Assembly (NCBI GenBank): GCA_050084985.1 | Contig: JBITNC010000002.1 | Span: forward strand, 38,874,001 to 38,938,000 | Direction: 5' to 3' | Length of the DNA: 64,000 nt | Source: Nageia nagi | Lineage: Eukaryota; Plantae; Pinophyta | In this document: one piece after another, positions 13,341 through 28,453 of the stretch | Numbering within the stretch: the first letter of the stretch is position 1 | Layout: each line of letters opens with the position of its first letter | Made by a program: the position numbers and the translations under genes | The notes under the pieces: model-generated | Seen by the model: only the letters and a program-made list of their open reading frames with translations | The model's database searches: none | Told to the model about the DNA's origin: nothing

Positions 13341-16300
13341 GAAATATTATTAAATTCATGTGAAAGTGGAGAAAAATGAAGTAATAAAAATATATTTTCT
13401 TATTATTATCTAAGTTTCTCAATTAAACTAATTAGTATCTGATGAGGTGATAAGTATGTTTAATATTTTTAAATAAGTAATTCAAGAACTTTTTAGAATC
13501 TTATATTAAATAAAATATGGTTTTGAGATTATGATATTGGTATAATGTTTAGTAAAATAATTCAAATAGTACCAATTTTATTAATTAATTATTAAGGTAT
13601 CGAAGATCTTATTGTGAATGATTTAATTATTTAAGATGGATTAATAAATAATATATTAATGTACATTGAGCAAAGAAAGAAGATAATTTCTTCTGAGATC
13701 TATAGTTAAATTCATTTGTATAATCATCTAGTTTAAAAATGGTTATCCTAATCCTCTTCCCTCCTAGTACTCGATCCACCACCAAGCTCCAAGGGAATGT
13801 TCGATGCTCTTTGCATGAAGATTGATGGAGATGTTCGATGGTTGATACAATAGTCAAAACCATATGACATGAATAAATTTGAATTACTAATTCATTGGAT
13901 ATGAAGTAGTATGATTTGTCAAAAAAATCTCATTAGTGATTAAATGAGTTGTATTATATTTGAATTACCTTTGTATAATGCATGATCTCTATTTGTAATA
14001 AATTATGGAAGCTTTAAAGTTTATGAAAGTAAATTTCATTCATATGTTTCATAGATGGATTATATTAGGTATTAATTAATGAATATTTTAGATTTAATTT
14101 TATTTATATAATTTTTTAAAAATATTAGTATTTTAATTTAATGAGCTTTCTTTTAATTATAGTTATCAAATACTATAATTAGTATTGATTATATAAATTA
14201 ATAAGAGTAAGAATTACTATTTATTTCATAAAAATGATTAATAGGTAGTACGAATTGATGATGTAAATGATTTTAACAAAAATTCTAAAGAAGTAGATTG
14301 ATTGGAAAATAATCCTAATTTAGAATTAGGGTTCCAAAAGATAATTTAGGAGCATTTGGGATATTTTAGCAACTCTTGGAATCAAGTTGGATATTAGTGG
14401 GACCCCATGAGATAAATGGAATTATTCAAGATTATTTTTGGATGAATGCAAGAAATATGATGAAAAACCTTTACCAAGTAAACCTACCTTGCTAGACATT
14501 AAAAAAAGGAATATTCTTTGCATGGAGACTACTTAACATTGCATCACTTTTGTAGCAATAATGGTAAGATTCTCCCTAAGAACTTGTTACTTTATGTATT
14601 CAAAAAATATTTTAAAAAGTAGATTCATATATGTAATACAATGTGTATGGGATAAATAAGAAAATATGTGACTTCCTATGTAAGATATAACTAATACTTT
14701 TGAGGTACTCCTCATGGAAAAGAATGAATGGTGTTAAACTTTAGAACATGTCTTGTATCCATTATTGAAAACATTAGTTTATGGTCAATAGGACATAGGT
14801 GGTTCTTTTTTTCAACACATTTAAAAATATATTAGATTAAATAACCACTCAAGGATATTGTTTAATATCCATGGCTCCCCAAGTTATGGGCATGGAGATA
14901 CTGAACCACATGATGGGGTTAGTTGATAGTTATGGGTAGGTTAGTACTCATATCCTTCAATAGGTGAGTTAGGTGGGAATAGCAATTGGAAAAATTACTA
15001 TTACTAAGTGAGGGTAATTAGTAGTCATCACCTGTAATTAGCAGATAGGGATATGATGATTATTCCATAGGTGATGTTACCCACTTGTAAGGAAGCTTGC
15101 TTAGGACAAGTTAACTACTTCTATGAGATGGAGAGTTATCATTAGAAGATGATGACTAACTTAGTGAAAGTGTGATCTCTCAGATGATATGGGCCTTGAG
15201 TAGCCATTACATTATAATCAAAAGGTTTATTGCACACAAGATGTGGAATAGGAATGGTGAGGTTACTTTTTCGGCATCTTTTCAATAGGATGAGTGTTGA
15301 AAAATGAACACCAAAAAAATTTATCAGGGTTGGTTACCCTGGGTTTTTGGCCAATCTTACCATGTGAGTGCTGAACTAGCTAGCAGTATATTAAACTCAT
15401 GTGGGATCACCTGATTCATTCCTAGATCATTTGAGTGTTATAAAAAAAAATTAGGTCAAAAATTAGGGCTTTGGTTGATGATAATTAGTGGATGTGTTAT
15501 AGAATATCATTTCCCCCATATTTCAATAAGAAGGGCATATAGATTTACATAAACTAGGATTTCATCAATTTTTTCTATAAAAAGGATTAAAACCAAACAT
15601 CCATTCTACTATGTAGATCCCTCTTTTCCCTAAAAATGAGTTGCATCCATATTCCTAGACATAGTATTAGCCTTAAAATTCTTTAACATTTACAACAAAT
15701 AAATTACTCATAATTAATTTTATCCAAACTAACCTAGTCCAAGATATTTTAACATTGTCTTTAAGTTCTTCCAAGCTTATGTTTCTACCTCTAATCTTGT
15801 CGATGAGAGTATTGGTTACATATTTGAACACACAATTTCAAAATCTTACTCTTCATTTTGGATGATTCACCAAAAATATCAATTTGTAGGATAGATAATA
15901 TCAAACTTTTATCATCCTCTTTATGATCCAAACATAGACCATCTTATTATGATCTATGAAAACTATTATCCTAATATTTTCTATTAATGTTATGTACTAA
16001 AAATATGTATCTCATACTTATCTCTTTGGCTAAGAGGAGGATATTTTAGTATCACTCATTAATTATCCTATAGTTTAAGAAAACTCATCATTTTTTTGCA
16101 TTATGCATCAACTTTAAATCTCCATGTAATTTTTATTTTATTTTTTTAATATTAATATAGTATTATATTTCTTGATTTTGAGTATGAAAAAAGGTTTTGA
16201 AAGGAATCCTCACCCTTTTACACCATGTATTTTCATATTTGAATCACTTTGGTGCATTTTAACTTCAATACATAAATTTATGTTTATAAAATAAAAGTAT

Positions 16301-16479
16301 CCTATTATACAAATTTTGAATTTTATTATATCTTTTCTTACTATTAATGGCTTAGTAAGATGTATAAAGAAAAGATTATAATTTATGATTATTATATACT
16401 ACACTCCTTGATATTATAAATAGAAATTTACATAGGATAAAATTAATGATAGTGATTTTTTCCATACTTTGATTTAATG

Positions 16480-17110
16480 GTTGAAATAAGATGTCTAAAA
16501 CATGATATACTATTTAAAAATATAATGAATGATATGATTGTGATATGTGGTGATACCTTGTGAGCTCAAAAATTATAAGAATTGTGAAAAGGATTTTTGA
16601 GAAGTATAAAAATACATAATATGATCATCATGCTTCACATGACATAAAATAATAGCTCAACTAAGGTATGCAAAGTATTATATGGAGTATGAAAATGATA
16701 ATGAAGGATATTAAAGTGACATGTGATAACACATGATCTTAGAGTTGAATTGTAAGTTATTATGGTAATTATGAAAGGTTTTATGAGAAGTACAAAAATA
16801 CATGATAGAAGATCAATCATCATCACACTTCACACATCATGAACAAGTTATTCAAATGAGATCTAGGAAATGTCATTTGAAGTGAAAATTACCAATAATT
16901 GATATGATAATAACATGTGGTAGATATATATAAGATTAGAGGTTAAGTGCAAGGAATTACAAGAAGCATGGAAAATATCTATAAGAAAATTTAAGAAAGC
17001 ATATATGAGAAGCATGAAGATACATGGGATAACATAAATGATCATCATACTTTTTATGTAATGATTTAATAGTTCAAATGAGACCTATAAAAATTTATAC
17101 GAAATATTAA
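16480..17110. repeat. Degenerate ~200-230 bp tandem repeat x ~3
   Basis: Recurring TGAGAAG(T/C)A..AA.ATACAT...ATCATCA..CTT and (G/T)TCAA motifs at ~16590, 16785 and 17006. Confidence 0.5.
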
Positions 17111-20100
17111 AGACCAATCATTGAAAGTCACCTAAAAAGGTACCCCCTTAGGTTTTATTAGGATGATTTAGAGTCATCCTCTTACATAGAACCTACGAGG
17201 GTGATTTTAAAACTCCCTCTTATTATTTCTTTTAAGGACCTAGTTAGACTCAAGTTGGCCATACGTATTCTTAATTATACTATTAGTCCTAAATTTATCA
17301 AGAATATTCAATAATTATATAAGTACATTAAGATTGGTTTGTAAAATTTTGAAGAATATCCAATTTTTGCAATAAATATATTTATGGTAGGGGGTATCTA
17401 TTCTTATTTGGATGAAATGGTTATTAATTTTTAATTCAAATGAAGCATTCATTTTTGCAAGAGTAACAAGTTATTAAGACCAATGAATGAATAAAAGGTT
17501 TCTTATTATTTTATGTTAGGATTATTTTAAGTTATACTTCCTTGAATTTTTCTTCTTTGAGGTTTTAACCATTTGGAATAATGTACTTTATCCTACTAAA
17601 TTTATTTTGAATTATCTAGCTAAGAAATGATCAAATTTATGAAATAATGCAATCATGGATAAATAAAAATAAACATCATCATAATTGTAGTACTATAAAT
17701 AAGTTTGTACTTAATCCCATAATGAAATAATGTAAACTTAATCCAAATAATACAATTTACCTCACGGAACATGATGTGATCATGTTGTAAGATAGAAATT
17801 GAAACTATCTTCATGATCAAAATACTATGTTCCTTGATGTAATTACCTACTCTCATTTGTACCTACAAAATTCAAAATACCTTTCATATACTTCAAGTAC
17901 AATAAATACTATTTTGGAATATTTCATGGAATTAGTCCCATGATACTAGAGAAATAAATTTCCTCCAAGTAACATAATCCTCCTATATATCATATTAAGA
18001 GTTTACAATAAGAAATTACATGGCCTTGGATGATGAACAAAATATTATGCTATGTTAAATGCTTTCATAATATAATTGATAAGGATATAAGATAATTAGA
18101 ATATAATATTGCTTTTGTTCCAATACCTATTAGAAGCTAATAATGATAAATACTAGTAAAGATATAACATGTAGAATGCTTTATACTTATAAATATTAGT
18201 AGTTTGTGATAGAAATAGGCTATGTAATCATGACATGAATATAAATTAACACCATTATATGATAAGATGTCCTAACTATAATTGCAATGCTATTTTCAAT
18301 TTACAATAAACCCATACCATGTTAAGATGATATGAATGTACTAGAATGAGATTATTAACTATGCAAATTTGACATGAATGTTTCTTGGTATTATAATGAA
18401 TTTTATATTACATCAAAATTATGATATATTAAGATGATAAAAATATATTACAATGATACTATTAATTATGAAAATATGATCTATAAATTTTTTAGTACTA
18501 TCATATATACTATGTTATTTCAAACATAATCTATGCAATGATAACATAAACATTAAAATGATATTATGAAATAAGTATGTGTTGTAATATGGTACTTATT
18601 GCCCTATTATAATATACCTGATTATTATTATATACTATCATATATGCTATATTACTTCAAACATAGGCTATGTAGACATGACTTGAACATTAAAGTGATA
18701 TTATCATATAAAGTAAAACTATGCTATGGAACTTTACTATGCATATTGCAAGGATACTATCATATTATAATATATTAAGTAGGAATGAAATAAATATTAT
18801 AGTAGTACATTTCTATTACATAAATCTATTCTATACATATATGATATGAGTATATTCTAGTGGTACCCCCTAAATATTATGTAAAAATCATATGAGTATA
18901 TTCTAGTGGTACATCTATTCATACTAATAGGATAGTTATGAAAGAATATAATGTAGTAATGCAACAACCAATTAGATAAAATTCTATCAATTTTGCATTA
19001 TGTTATTACTTTTGGATGGCCACAAAGATCCATTTGTTCATTGTATTTGTAAAAAATATATTTATTCTATAAAAATAATATCTTATTATATGAAAAATTT
19101 ATACAGATATTTAGAATGAATACTATGGAATTTGTTGATTACAAAATTACTATAACAAGTGACCATAACCAATTTTTAACGTCAATTACGATTGCTCTCT
19201 AAACTATTAGCTAATAGGGAAAATATCATTCACAATCACCCATACGTAAGTTGCAAGCTTAGTATAATTTACTCTTAGGATCTATTTATTTAGATTTCAA
19301 TTAATCTTGATCTTATATTTGCTACTTGAATCTAGTGCACATCTTGTTGGCCCTCTCTTCCTACAATATTTAGTGTTTGAATTTTGTGATAATTAGGCTT
19401 CTTTTAGAATATAATATTGAATCCAAATAATTATTAATATTAACTTAAACAAGCTATTGATATAGGATTCCATTAAAAACATGTTAACCTTATAATAATA
19501 GGTATTTTTTTCCTTATGTTAGTTGATCATATATTATTTTTCTATCATTATTGGAATCTCCCCTATTGTATTGTGTATATAATTTCTTAAATTAGGGAGC
19601 TAGAAGGTCTATGGTAAATTTTATATTTAATAATGCTCTATGATAAAGAGATTTTATAATACTTTTTATGTTTTAGGATTGAGGTTTATGTTAAGGGATC
19701 CATTATGATAATGTATCATAAACCTATCCAATGTATCATAAGATATCAAAATATTAGTAATATACAACAAATCCTAAGAATACAAAATTTACCCAAAAGG
19801 AAGATAAGTGATAAAATTTCATATTACACTTCAATGGATTTAAAAACATGGTAATACATAGGAAAATTTAAGAATCTAAAATATATCTCAATACAATAAA
19901 ATGGAAGTGGTGTTCTACTCAAAACAATTATCCTTTCTAGTATTGTACTAAACATCGTCAAAAGAAGGTTTTGAGATCCATCAAAAAATAATTACAAGTG
20001 GTTCTCATTTTCATATTATCATGATGAATTCTTTACAAAACATGTCTATTAAGTTTGGTAATATACATAATGTCCATGTATTATTTTATAAAATAAAATA

Positions 20101-20414
20101 GACACATCATCTTTTAGACTGCAATGATTAGAAGATATTCCTAGATAGGAATCTTTAAGGAAGATGAAAATATATTTAGGGAATTGTAATAAATAGACAT
20201 AATCTCATATATTACAATGATCATAGGACATACATGGAATATGTATAGTTTATATATCCTTAAGTATATTAAGAAAATGTTGTTGGCTAATTTTAAACAA
20301 GATTTAATAACCTTTACAAATATTTTTCCTATACATGCAACTTTTACATATTTAAAATCTAGTATAAAATTTTATAGAAAAATAACTATATGTTGGTTTC
20401 TTTTGCATGCAATT

Positions 20415-20850
20415 TGATGTACCTTGTATAGGTTGTAACTTTTGATTCAGATATTATTTGGAGCCCATTTTTTTTAGATCACATAAAATTTAAAAATCTA
20501 TAAGATCCTAGTGTCTCCTATTGGAGATAATTTTGAGGCCTAAAATGCTTGTCATATAGCCCATATTTTCTATTACTATTAGTTTCTATTTTTAGAATAG
20601 TTGCATGCATTGAGTAGGGGATGCATGGTTCCATTTTGGGCCTCATCTTAGCAATATTTTAGGCTTTCTTAAAATTAGAAAGGAGGGAAAGAGATGCTTC
20701 ATAAAAGAAAATTGTAAACCTTTTGAGGGATCAATGTAGATTTAGAAGAATAAAGATTCCTTATTATGATTTTATTCTTACACTAATTTAATTTTGTGTT
20801 GTGAATCAATTTTGGAGATTTGTTTTGGTCTCTTGTAGGAATCTACATCA
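20415..20850 (+). repeat. 5' LTR of the CRM-type Gypsy
   Basis: TGATGTACC...CTACATCA, direct repeat of 28454-28892, followed by a tRNA-iMet-type PBS. Confidence 0.92.
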
Positions 20851-21858
20851 TCTAGTATCAGAGTAGGTTTGATCTCACTAGCAGAAGGAAGATGCCACCT
20901 AGAAGACAAGCTAGAGGTATAAGTAGGGGTATATCGAGTGCTTATGCCCACATTAATAGATAAATAGAGGATATGAATGCAATAATAACATAGTTAATCA
21001 ATGCAAATAACCATATGGGTAGAAGAGATCCCGTGCATACCCAAATTTAGGACTTGATAGCAAGATCATGTTTGGGGAAGATGGGACTAACATTGAGGTT
21101 AAGGGAGAACCAATACATCCTATAGAATAAGAATAATGCTTTGAAAATAGGATAATTTAATCTTTGTAAGGGATAAGAGGAAACCAAGATGGGATAAATA
21201 TCAAGGTTCTTGAGTATGTTGGTGGATTGAATCTAGAGGAGTTGATCAATTGGGTAAATAGCATGGAGAAGTACTTTGAATGGGATAATCTAGTAGAGGG
21301 TAAAAAGCTAAAGCTTGCATGCATGAAGTTAAAAGGGCATGCATTAATTTGGTGGGATCAACTATAGGCTTCATGATAGAGAAAAGGAAAAGAGAATATC
21401 AAGGCTTAGGTCGAGATGAAGTAGAAATTACAAGAGAAATTTGTTCTTGTATATTATTCATAAATCTTATTTTGTAGATTCCAAAATCTTTGATAGAAAG
21501 AGCATAACATTGAAGATTACACAAATAAGTTCTACAAATTATTCACTCAAGTGGATCATAATGAGATGAATGAGCAGAGTATTGTAAGGTATGTGAATCA
21601 TATAAGTTTTTCTATTCAAGATGAGATAAGCATGCACCATACTCTTACTATAGTGGATGCAAACCAAATAGCCCTAAAAGCTAAGGATAAGCTTAAGAGG
21701 ATTAATAGAAGGGGAAATAAAGGATCCATACCCTCTTTAAATCAAGATTATGGTGGATCAAAGTTTTCCAAAGGAGAATCTTCAACATTTTCCAAACAGG
21801 AGGATCAAGTGGGATAGGATCAAGATACCTCCCAGAGAGGAAGAGGATATCTGAGAGG

Positions 21859-24800
21859 TGAAAGAATAAACTTGAATTTAAACACATACTAAGATTATAT
21901 ATTTAGCAAATTTGAAGTACAACTTATAGGCCCTCAATGAGTAACTAATCTGAGCTTATTAGGGTTACAACTTTAATAAAAATGAATGCTTGAGGAAAGT
22001 TACACAAATCCACTAAAACATCATTAAGTTATCTAAATGGGAGTTATGTTCATACTATGGACCACTCTCCCATTATCCTAGATAAGTAATAGACCCTATA
22101 GGAATGTATAATGAAGAAAAATGGATCAAAAACCTTTAATAACTTGTAAGTATCTAGGAACTCTATCAAAGCTAAGGGGGTCTCTAGAAATGTAATCATG
22201 TTTCAAAGAGTAGGAAAAATGTGATTACATTTTTAATTAGCATTAAATGTGGCCATGTTTCATACTAATGAATTTGAAAAAGAAAATGGTCCAACATACT
22301 CCCCATTTAAAGGTGAGAGGGCTAATCAGGTAGTCTCTTAGCTTTACAAACTGATGTGTAGCAACATCCTTAGTGAATAAGTCAACCATAATATCTTAAT
22401 GTTGCAATAATGTAATTTAACAACTTGCTTCTCCACCATATATTATATGAAATGGTACTTCATGTCAAAATGTTTGTATCTGGAATGATGCATAGGGTTC
22501 TTTACCAGATGAATGGCAATCTGGTTATCACAATATAGGGTAATGGCACCAACTTGCATTTCTTCAATCTCTTCAAGTACTTTCTACATCCATAAGGCTT
22601 TAGCACTGGTAGTGATGATGGTAATGTACTCAACTTTAGTGGAGGATAGTGCTACAATTGTTTATTTCTAGGAAAACTAAGTAACTAGCCTAGATCCAAG
22701 GCTAAAATAATTGCTAAAAGTATAATTTCAATAATCAATATTGTTACCCTAATCACTATCACTATACCCACAAAGTTTGACAACTTTGTTCTTGAGGTAG
22801 TGGATGCCAAAATTTTGTGTGCCTTTCACATATCTCAAAATTCTTTTTGCTACCTTTGGATGATTTTTTGAAGGGGCACTCATGTAGCTAGACACAAGTG
22901 AGATAGCATGATAGATATTAGGTCTAGAATTTATGAGGAACATCAAGCTCCCAACCAAGCTTTGGTAGATATGTATATAAGCTTTAGTAGCCCCATGTTC
23001 TTTAGTCAAGTGATCTCCTGTGCAATAGGATTGAAAATAGATATGGAATCATCTAGACCAAACTTATACAATAGATCATTAGCATACTTGGATTGAGTAA
23101 TAAAAATTTGACTATCATCTTGAAAAACCTCCAAACCCAAAAATTAGTGCATAAGGCCAAGATCTTTCATCTCAAATTCTTGCATCATGGAGTATTTAAA
23201 AGCATCATTTAAACTAGAATTGCTACCCATGTAAATATGATCATCAACATATAAACAAAATAGCAAAATATCAGTACCATCATGCTTATAGTAGAGATTT
23301 GGTTCACTTTTGCTCCTTGTGAATCCATAATTCTGAACAAACCCATCTATCCATGAGTACCAAGCCCAAGGGACTTGCTTGAGGTCATACAATGTCTTCT
23401 TCAACTTGTAGACATGATTTGTTTTACCTCTCTCTTCAAAACCTTGGGGTTGAACAACAAATACTTCATCAATATACCCATTCAAGAATGCACTCTTGAC
23501 ATTCAAGTGGTACACTTTCCAAATTTTATGAGTAGCAATGAAGAGAACCATTCTGATAGTTTCTTATTTGGCAATAGGGTTAAAGGTATCCTTATAGTTA
23601 GTTCCATATCTTTATGTGAAGCCTTTTGGCTATTAGCCTAGCCTTATATCTCTCAATAGTGCCATCATCATTAAACTTTATTTTATGGACCCATTTATAG
23701 CCTACAACCTTTTTCCCTTTTAGAATCTCAACAAGCTCCCATGTATCATTATTTTCAATGGAATTCATATCTTATTCTATGACCTTCATCCAAATATTAT
23801 TAGTACAAGCATCTTCAAAATAAGAAGGCTCTAAATTAGCAGTAGCTACTAATGTAAAACTACCCATTTCACCCTTTGGTTCATGATCCAATGCATCACT
23901 ATACAAATGGAGATTTTCAAGGTTTTTAATTACTTGATCTACTTTCTTAGCTTGTTCTCTTGTTATCATTTTTGAAAAAATTTGATCTAGCATTTGAGAT
24001 GGAGGGTGATTTGCAAATGTTTTGTTACCTCTTACATTCCTATTTTTGATGGAAGAAGTTGCACCATTTCTTGAACCATCTTTGGGCTACACTTGTGTGA
24101 TCTTTTGGGGACTTTCAAATGCTTTGGGATACACACATTATTGGCTGGGATAAATAGTAGATTGTACATTACAAGAGCTTTCCTCAAAGGATCCATCATC
24201 AACAAGTTGTTTTTGATGACCCCATGCTCTCCCTTAATCAAAAATAACATCTCTAGAAATAATAACTTTGTAAGTTTTAGGATTGTACAATCTATATGCT
24301 TTGTTTAATTCATAGTAGCTAATAAATATGCAAGGTTTACTTTTTGGATATAATTTGTATCTTTGTTCCTTTGGAACATGCACATAAGCCAAGCAACCAA
24401 GCACTTTGAAATGATTTACATTTGGTCTTTTCTCATACCATTCCTCAAAAGTAGTTATGCCATCTAATTTAGAGGTAGGAATTCTATTTAAAATATACAC
24501 TACTATCCTAATAGCTTCAACCTAGTAAATATTTTTTAAACCTTTAGTTTGGAGCATGCTTCTTGCCATATTAGCTAAAGTTCTATTTTTACATTTAGCT
24601 ACACCATTTTGTTGTGGAGTGTAGGTAGCAGTGAATTGCCTTCTCACACAACAATCTTTCCAATATTGCAAGAATTCATCACTACAAAACTCCCCCCTCT
24701 ATCTATTCTTAAGGCTTTTAAATAGTAGCCACTTTGCTTCTCAATATTGTTCTTGAACTCCTTAAATTATGCAAAAGCTTCATCCTTGTGCTTAAGAAAG

Positions 24801-27029
24801 TAAATCCAACATATTCTTGTACAATCATCAATGAAGGTAAGAAAATAAAGACTTTTACCAATACTTGGAGTTTGTATTTGCCCACAGAAATCACTATGCA
24901 CCAATTAGAGGGGATAAGAGGCTCTCCATGCCTGACCTTTTGGGAAGCTTAATCTTGAATGCTTTCCCATAGCACATTCAGCACACACTTATTTGTGATC
25001 TTAGACCTTGGGCAACCCATACCCCATTTCATTTGAAACCAAACTCTTCAAACTTGCAAAGTTGAGATTCCCATATCTCAAATGCCAAAGCCAACTCTTA
25101 TCCTTAATAGCAACATTAGCAAAATTTGAACTTTGCTCACCAAATTGGAGAGGACACATTACAATAGTGGGGACATGCTTATGCCCTTGATTCTTATCAT
25201 AAATCATACATTTTATATCCTCAAACATAAATTTGTAGTTCTTTTACATCATTTTCCCAACACTTAACAAATTATGTTTCAATTTTGGAATGACATAGCC
25301 ATCATTTACCTTCTTGTTACCTTTATTTATGGACACCTCCATAGCTCCCATTCCTTCAACTTGAATGGCTTTATCATCTCCAAGTATGATTTGGAACTTA
25401 TAAGAATCATCAATGGCACAAAATAGATCTCCCTTACTAGTCATGTGATTGCAGCACTTGATGTCAAGAATCCATGGATCATCTTGCTTTTGGGCTGAGT
25501 GGGCATAAAATAAGAATAAGGTGGAGGATGTATCCTCCTCACCATAGTTGGCACTTTGGGTTCCTTCTTGGGAATCCTTCAATCTACATTCTTGCTCATA
25601 GTGTCCATACTTGTTACAATAGTAACATTGCTTGTCTCTTTTGTCGCCTCTTGGAGAATCCCCTCTACCTCTTCCTTGAAATACTCCTCTAATTTGAAAG
25701 CCACCTCTCCTTCCTCTTCCTCTTCCTCTAGAAGATCCACCTCTTCCTCTACCTTGAGCCCCCCCTTGAACACTAGTGCTAGTGTTACCTTCTCTAGAAG
25801 TCAAAGCCTTCTCTTACACACTCCTAACATTGGTAGGTGGAGCAAGCCTTTCCTCATGTGACATTAGGGAACAAATGAATTGATCAAGAGTGAGGGTGCT
25901 CATATCTTTGATCTCTTCAATCATGATAGCAGTTTAGATCCTTTTGGGAAGAAGTGTTCTTAACATTTTCTTCACTAAAATAGAATTAGATATCTCTTCT
26001 CCAAGTGTCTCCATCATTTGGACATAAGTATTCACTCTAACATAGTACTCTCCTACTTTCTCATCTTATTTTTGCTTCAGATTATCAAACTCTAGTTTTA
26101 GAGTTTGGAGCCTCACTTGCTTCACTTGGTTGTTGCCTTAGAACCTTCAATACCTTCCATACATCCTTAGCTATGTTGCAACTAGAAATCCTTGGAAAGA
26201 GTCTCTTGTCGAAGGTTGATTGGAGATGGTAGATAGCAAAGGAGTTATTCTTTTGAGCCTCTATTTTAGTAGGCCTATCAACTTGAGGAAGGGTGGCCCA
26301 ATTTGGTTCCATATAGCCATCTTCAATGATGTCCCATATTCCCTTCCATATGAGCAAGTGCTTCATATTCAATGCCCAATATTTGTAATCGTCACCATTG
26401 AAGTCTGGTATGGGGTGAGAATTCACTCTAGAAGCCATTTCACACACTCCAACAAGCTCAATAAAAACTATAGGCTTATTTGGATCACCTTTTGCATAAC
26501 TTGCTAAGTTTTTGCAAAGTACCCATAGCCTCTTCAAACCCAACTTAGATCAACTAGCTTTGGTACCAATATGAAAGAATAAACTTGAATTGAAACACAC
26601 ACTAAGATTTTTTATTCAAAAAATTTGAAGTACAAATTATAGGCCCTTAATGAGTAACTAATCAGAGCTCATTGAGATTAAAACTTTGAAAAAAATAAAT
26701 GCTTGAGGAAAGTTACATAAATCCATTAAAACATCATGAAATTAGCTAAATGAAAGTTACATCCATGCTCTAGACCACTCTCCCATCATCCTATACAAGT
26801 AACAGATCCTAGAAGAATTTGTAATGAAGAAAAACAAATAAAAAACCATTAATAACTCATAACTGTATAGGAACATTATCAAAAAGTAGGGGATCTCCAA
26901 AAATGCAAACATGTTTGAGAGAGCAAGTAAAATGCATTCAGTTGAAACAAAATGTGATTGCATTTTGACCTAGGTTGAAACACAACCACATTTAATACTG
27001 ATGAGTATGAAAAAGAAAATGCTCCAACA
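21859..27029 (-). mobile_element. Full-length decayed Ty1/Copia (Ivana/Ale-like) nested antisense in the Gypsy gag
   Basis: LTRs 21859-22296 and 26572-27029 (~80% identical), perfect TSD AGAGG (21854-58, 27030-34), PBS TGGTACCAAAGC at ~26557-68 (-) and PPT AAATGGGGAG at ~22299-308 (-). Domains: gag FNGDDYKYW, knuckle CYYCNKYGHYEQEC, protease WILDIKCCNHM, GAG-pre LWHLRYGNLNF, integrase, RT CLYVDDHIY, RNase H GYSDSD. Confidence 0.95.
22300..26438 (-). pseudogene. Copia gag-pol polyprotein, fragmented by stops and frameshifts
   Basis: ORF-track pieces 26085-26543, 25244-25804, 25001-25228, 24234-24500, 23144-23551 and 22749-23009 fall in Copia order gag-PR-IN-RT-RH. Confidence 0.9.
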
Positions 27030-28243
27030 AGAGGAAGAGATAATGGTGTAGGCAGGATGGGGAATAGACCATGAAAATCATTCATATGTTATAGATATGG
27101 AAAGAAAGGTCATAAAGGATTTAAATGTCCTTAGTATGATGTAAAAGAGAGGGTACAAGCTAAGGTCACTCTAATTGAAGAAGAGGAAGAGATTGAGGTA
27201 TAAGTTACTACAAACATGGGTAAAATTCTCATGATAAGGAGAATTCTTAATGTTCCAAAGAAAAGGAGCATGCAAGCAAAATATGGTGGAGATTCTTGGT
27301 TTCTTAATAATATTTTTTACACAAGATGCACATCAGGAGGAAAGGTATGTAACATGGTCATTGATGATAGTAGTTTTGAAAAATTAGTTTTTTAAATCAT
27401 GGTTGATAAATTAAAACTCAAATATGAGAAGCATCTCAACCCCTATCATGTTTCATGGATTAAAAAACAAATGTAGTGAGAATTGATAAGAAGTTTTTAG
27501 TCAACTTCTTAATTAGGAAAAAAATACAAGGATCAAGTGTGGTGTGATGTGATCATGATAGATGCATGTCATATTTTATTAGGGAGACCTTGGTAGTATG
27601 ATAGGGATGCTAAACATAATGGTAGAAAGAATACTCACATATTATATAAGGATGGTGGAAAGATAGTTCTTGTACCTTTGAAGGAGGATGTACCAAGTGA
27701 GAGCTTGTTGGCAACAAAGGAGTTTCTTGTAGCAATCAAGGAAGCTAGCTTCTATTATATCTTGATAGCTAGGAAGCTATAAATAGAGGAAATGGTTATT
27801 TCTACAACAATAATTAAGTTGCTAAGAGAATATGAAGATGTCACACCTGAGGAATTACCAATGGGAGAACAAGTTAGTGAAGATTTAGAAGCATTTGTTG
27901 AGCCTATCTATAAAGTGAAAGAAATGGTTAAAAATTACATAGTAGTAATGCTCACTAAAAAGAATTTGTTGATGCATATAGAAGGGTGAAAGTCTTTTAA
28001 GACGGTGATATGGTCATGGTTCATATTTGAAAAGAAAGGTTTCTTAAAGGGATGTATAACAAATTGAAACTCAAGAAAATCGGCCCTATAAGATTTTAAA
28101 GAAGATTAATGATAATGCTTATAGAGTGGATTTTCTTGATACTACTTAGGATGGTGAATTACATGATATAGTAAATTGATACTACTTAGGATGGTGAATT
28201 ACAAGATATAGTAAATTGGGCACAATAGATGTATAAGAAGAGA

Positions 28244-28375
28244 AAGGACATAGTTGCACAAGTGCTTAATAAGAAGGTGATCACCACTAGACATATAAGT
28301 TACAATAGATACCTAATTTAGTGGGAAGGATTACCATAGTTAGCTAAAAATTGGATTTCAAAGTTAGAACTATAA
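28244..28375 (+). pseudogene. Decayed chromodomain at the end of Gypsy pol
   Basis: KDIVAQVLNKKVITTRHISYNRYLI*WEGLP*LAKNWISKLEL matches the chromodomain pattern (YLxxWxGxP...xW). Confidence 0.7.
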
Positions 28376-28453
28376 AAAATTGATAACCAAAAGCTTTAGA
28401 ATTTTAATTTAGCTGAACTCATAGGAGCTAAGTTTTTTTTCACCAAAGGAGAA

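Noticed and set aside
22908-26507. Plus-strand ORFs within the first Copia (also 37245-40332 in the second)
   Set aside because: Antisense shadows of the minus-strand gag-pol.
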